From NCBI GenBank assembly GCA_963752155.1, contig CAVVXH010000010.1, positions 320,001 to 384,000 of the forward strand: a stretch of DNA of 64,000 bases. Direction: 5' to 3'. The notes under the pieces were generated by a model that was not told where the DNA came from, did no database searches, and saw nothing but the letters and a program-made list of their open reading frames with translations. The stretch is from an uncultured Parachlamydiaceae bacterium (lineage in GTDB: Bacteria; Chlamydiota; Chlamydiia; Chlamydiales; Parachlamydiaceae). Both the position numbers and the translations under genes were made by a program. Shown one piece after another: positions 62,489 to 64,000 of this stretch (the stretch's first letter is position 1; the number at the start of each line of letters is the position of its first letter).

Positions 62489-64000
62489 TGAATAAACAAC
62501 AGCAACTGGCCGTAGAGACTGTCGAAGGGCGTGTCCTCATTTTAGCCGGTGCAGGTTGTGGTAAAACACGAGTGCTAACTTACCGGATGGCACATCTGAT
62601 TGGAAAATTAGGTGTCCCTCCACAATCTTATCCTAGGATTGACATTCACCAATAAAGCAGCTATAGAGATGCGCCATCGAATGGCAGGGTTGTTAGATGA
62701 AAAGCTTGCAGGGGAAATCACCCTATCCACTTTTCATAGTTTCTGTTTACAGGTACTCCGCAGTCATATCGAAAGGCTCGGATACACCTCTAGGTTTACT
62801 CTTTACAATGAAAATGATGTCAATCGGCTCATGAACTACATCACCCGAGATATTTTAACTCATCAAGGGGATCTTCCTTCCTTTGCCAAAGCTGAAGCGC
62901 TCATTCAAAAAGCAAAAAATCAGGGAATACGTCCTGATGAACTTCAAGACAGCTCTTCCAAATGGCATGAACAGTTTGTTCGTACTCTTTACGCTCGGTT
63001 GGATGAGGCCATGCGTGCACATAATGCAGTCGATTTTGATCGTCTTTTGACGCTCACTGTGGAGTTATTTGAAAATCATCCAGACCTTCTTGAACATTAT
63101 CAAGACAGGTATCGTTACATCATGATTGATGAGTATCAAGATACGAATCCAGTTCAGTATAGACTAGCAGTATTGCTTTCAAGAAAGTATCATAACTTAT
63201 GTGTTGTAGGAGATGATGATCAATCTATCTATGGCTGGCGGGGAGCCGATGTGCGCAATATTCTAGAATTTGAGAATGCAACTGTGATTAAGCTTGAGCA
63301 AAATTATCGCTCAACAAACGGGATCTTGCAGGCGGCGAATGCTGTCATTCAAAAAAATTCTGAAAGACGGCAAAAAGTATTATGGAGCGAATGTGGGGTA
63401 GGAGAACCCATTGAAGTATTTGTTGCAGAATCTGAAGATCATGAAGCTGAGGCTGTTGTGAAAAGGATTCTCAAGTTACGTGAAAAAGAAAACTTAAAAT
63501 GGCGCGATATAGCTATCCTTTACCGTTCGAATGCCCTTTCAAGAAAATTCGAACTGGCGTTGGCCAAACAGGCCTGGAAGGGAATGCAGGGGTGGAATCT
63601 GGGTATCCCTTATAAAATTCACGGAAGTAGTGAGTTGTACGAACGGCGTGAGGTTAAAGACTTGCAAGCCTACTTAAGAGTAATCGTTAATCCTTTGGAT
63701 CAAGAAGCTTTATTGCGTATTATCAATCAACCACGCCGAGGGATAGGGGAAGCCTCTTTAGATGTTTTGACGTCTTACAATCGATCTCATAAAATTCCAC
63801 TTTGGAATGTCATCCAAGAGGCTTTAAAGGAAGAGGGAGCGATCGTCGCAACTTTACGAGAGCCATTAAGTGTTAAAGCTTTGGAAGGACTGCAAGATTT
63901 TGTCAAAATTATCGATGAAGCTGCTTATCGTTTTTCTACGCGTTCGCTTGCCAAAACCTTGGAGTGGTTGATTGAGCGCATTGTTTATAAAAACGCGATT
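62485..64000 (+). CDS. uvrD: UvrD/PcrA superfamily 1 DNA helicase, partial, frameshift near 62629
   Basis: Manual translation [63 protein letters not shown]; runs off the window end. Confidence 0.93.

Overview
Chromosomal window from an AT-rich environmental chlamydia (Parachlamydiaceae-like). The assignment rests on the 726-aa chlamydial GreA, the chlamydial-type L36, rpmJ-rpsN-asp23 divergent from rpmH-rnpA, PPi-PFK, and an hprK-ptsH-ptsI operon without an EII gene in the window. Housekeeping genes are interleaved with accessory material. (i) Five secreted collagen-like proteins carry an N-terminal Cys knot and a shared BclA-like C-terminal domain, a candidate 'hairy nap' surface layer. (ii) A ~980-codon kinase gene has alternating Tyr/His 24-aa repeats, a WNK-like lysine arrangement and an RNAP-like insert in the kinase core. 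(iii) A coupled operon encodes a stand-alone receiver, two orphan Liv-type binding proteins and a Cache-HAMP histidine kinase. (iv) An NLS/F-box/MORN effector lies between the arms of a palindromic element. (v) There is also a hicAB pair with a nonsense codon in the toxin, an ABC exporter-DUF1854 pair and a Kdo hydroxylase. Intergenic space holds several families of nested palindromic MITE/REPIN-like elements and head-to-head 9-bp tandem arrays. Several essential or conserved genes (ftsK, ptsI, rpsN, uvrD/pcrA) carry single-base frameshifts that are probably assembly errors, so pseudogene calls here are provisional. All family assignments come from motif recognition by eye, with no database search.
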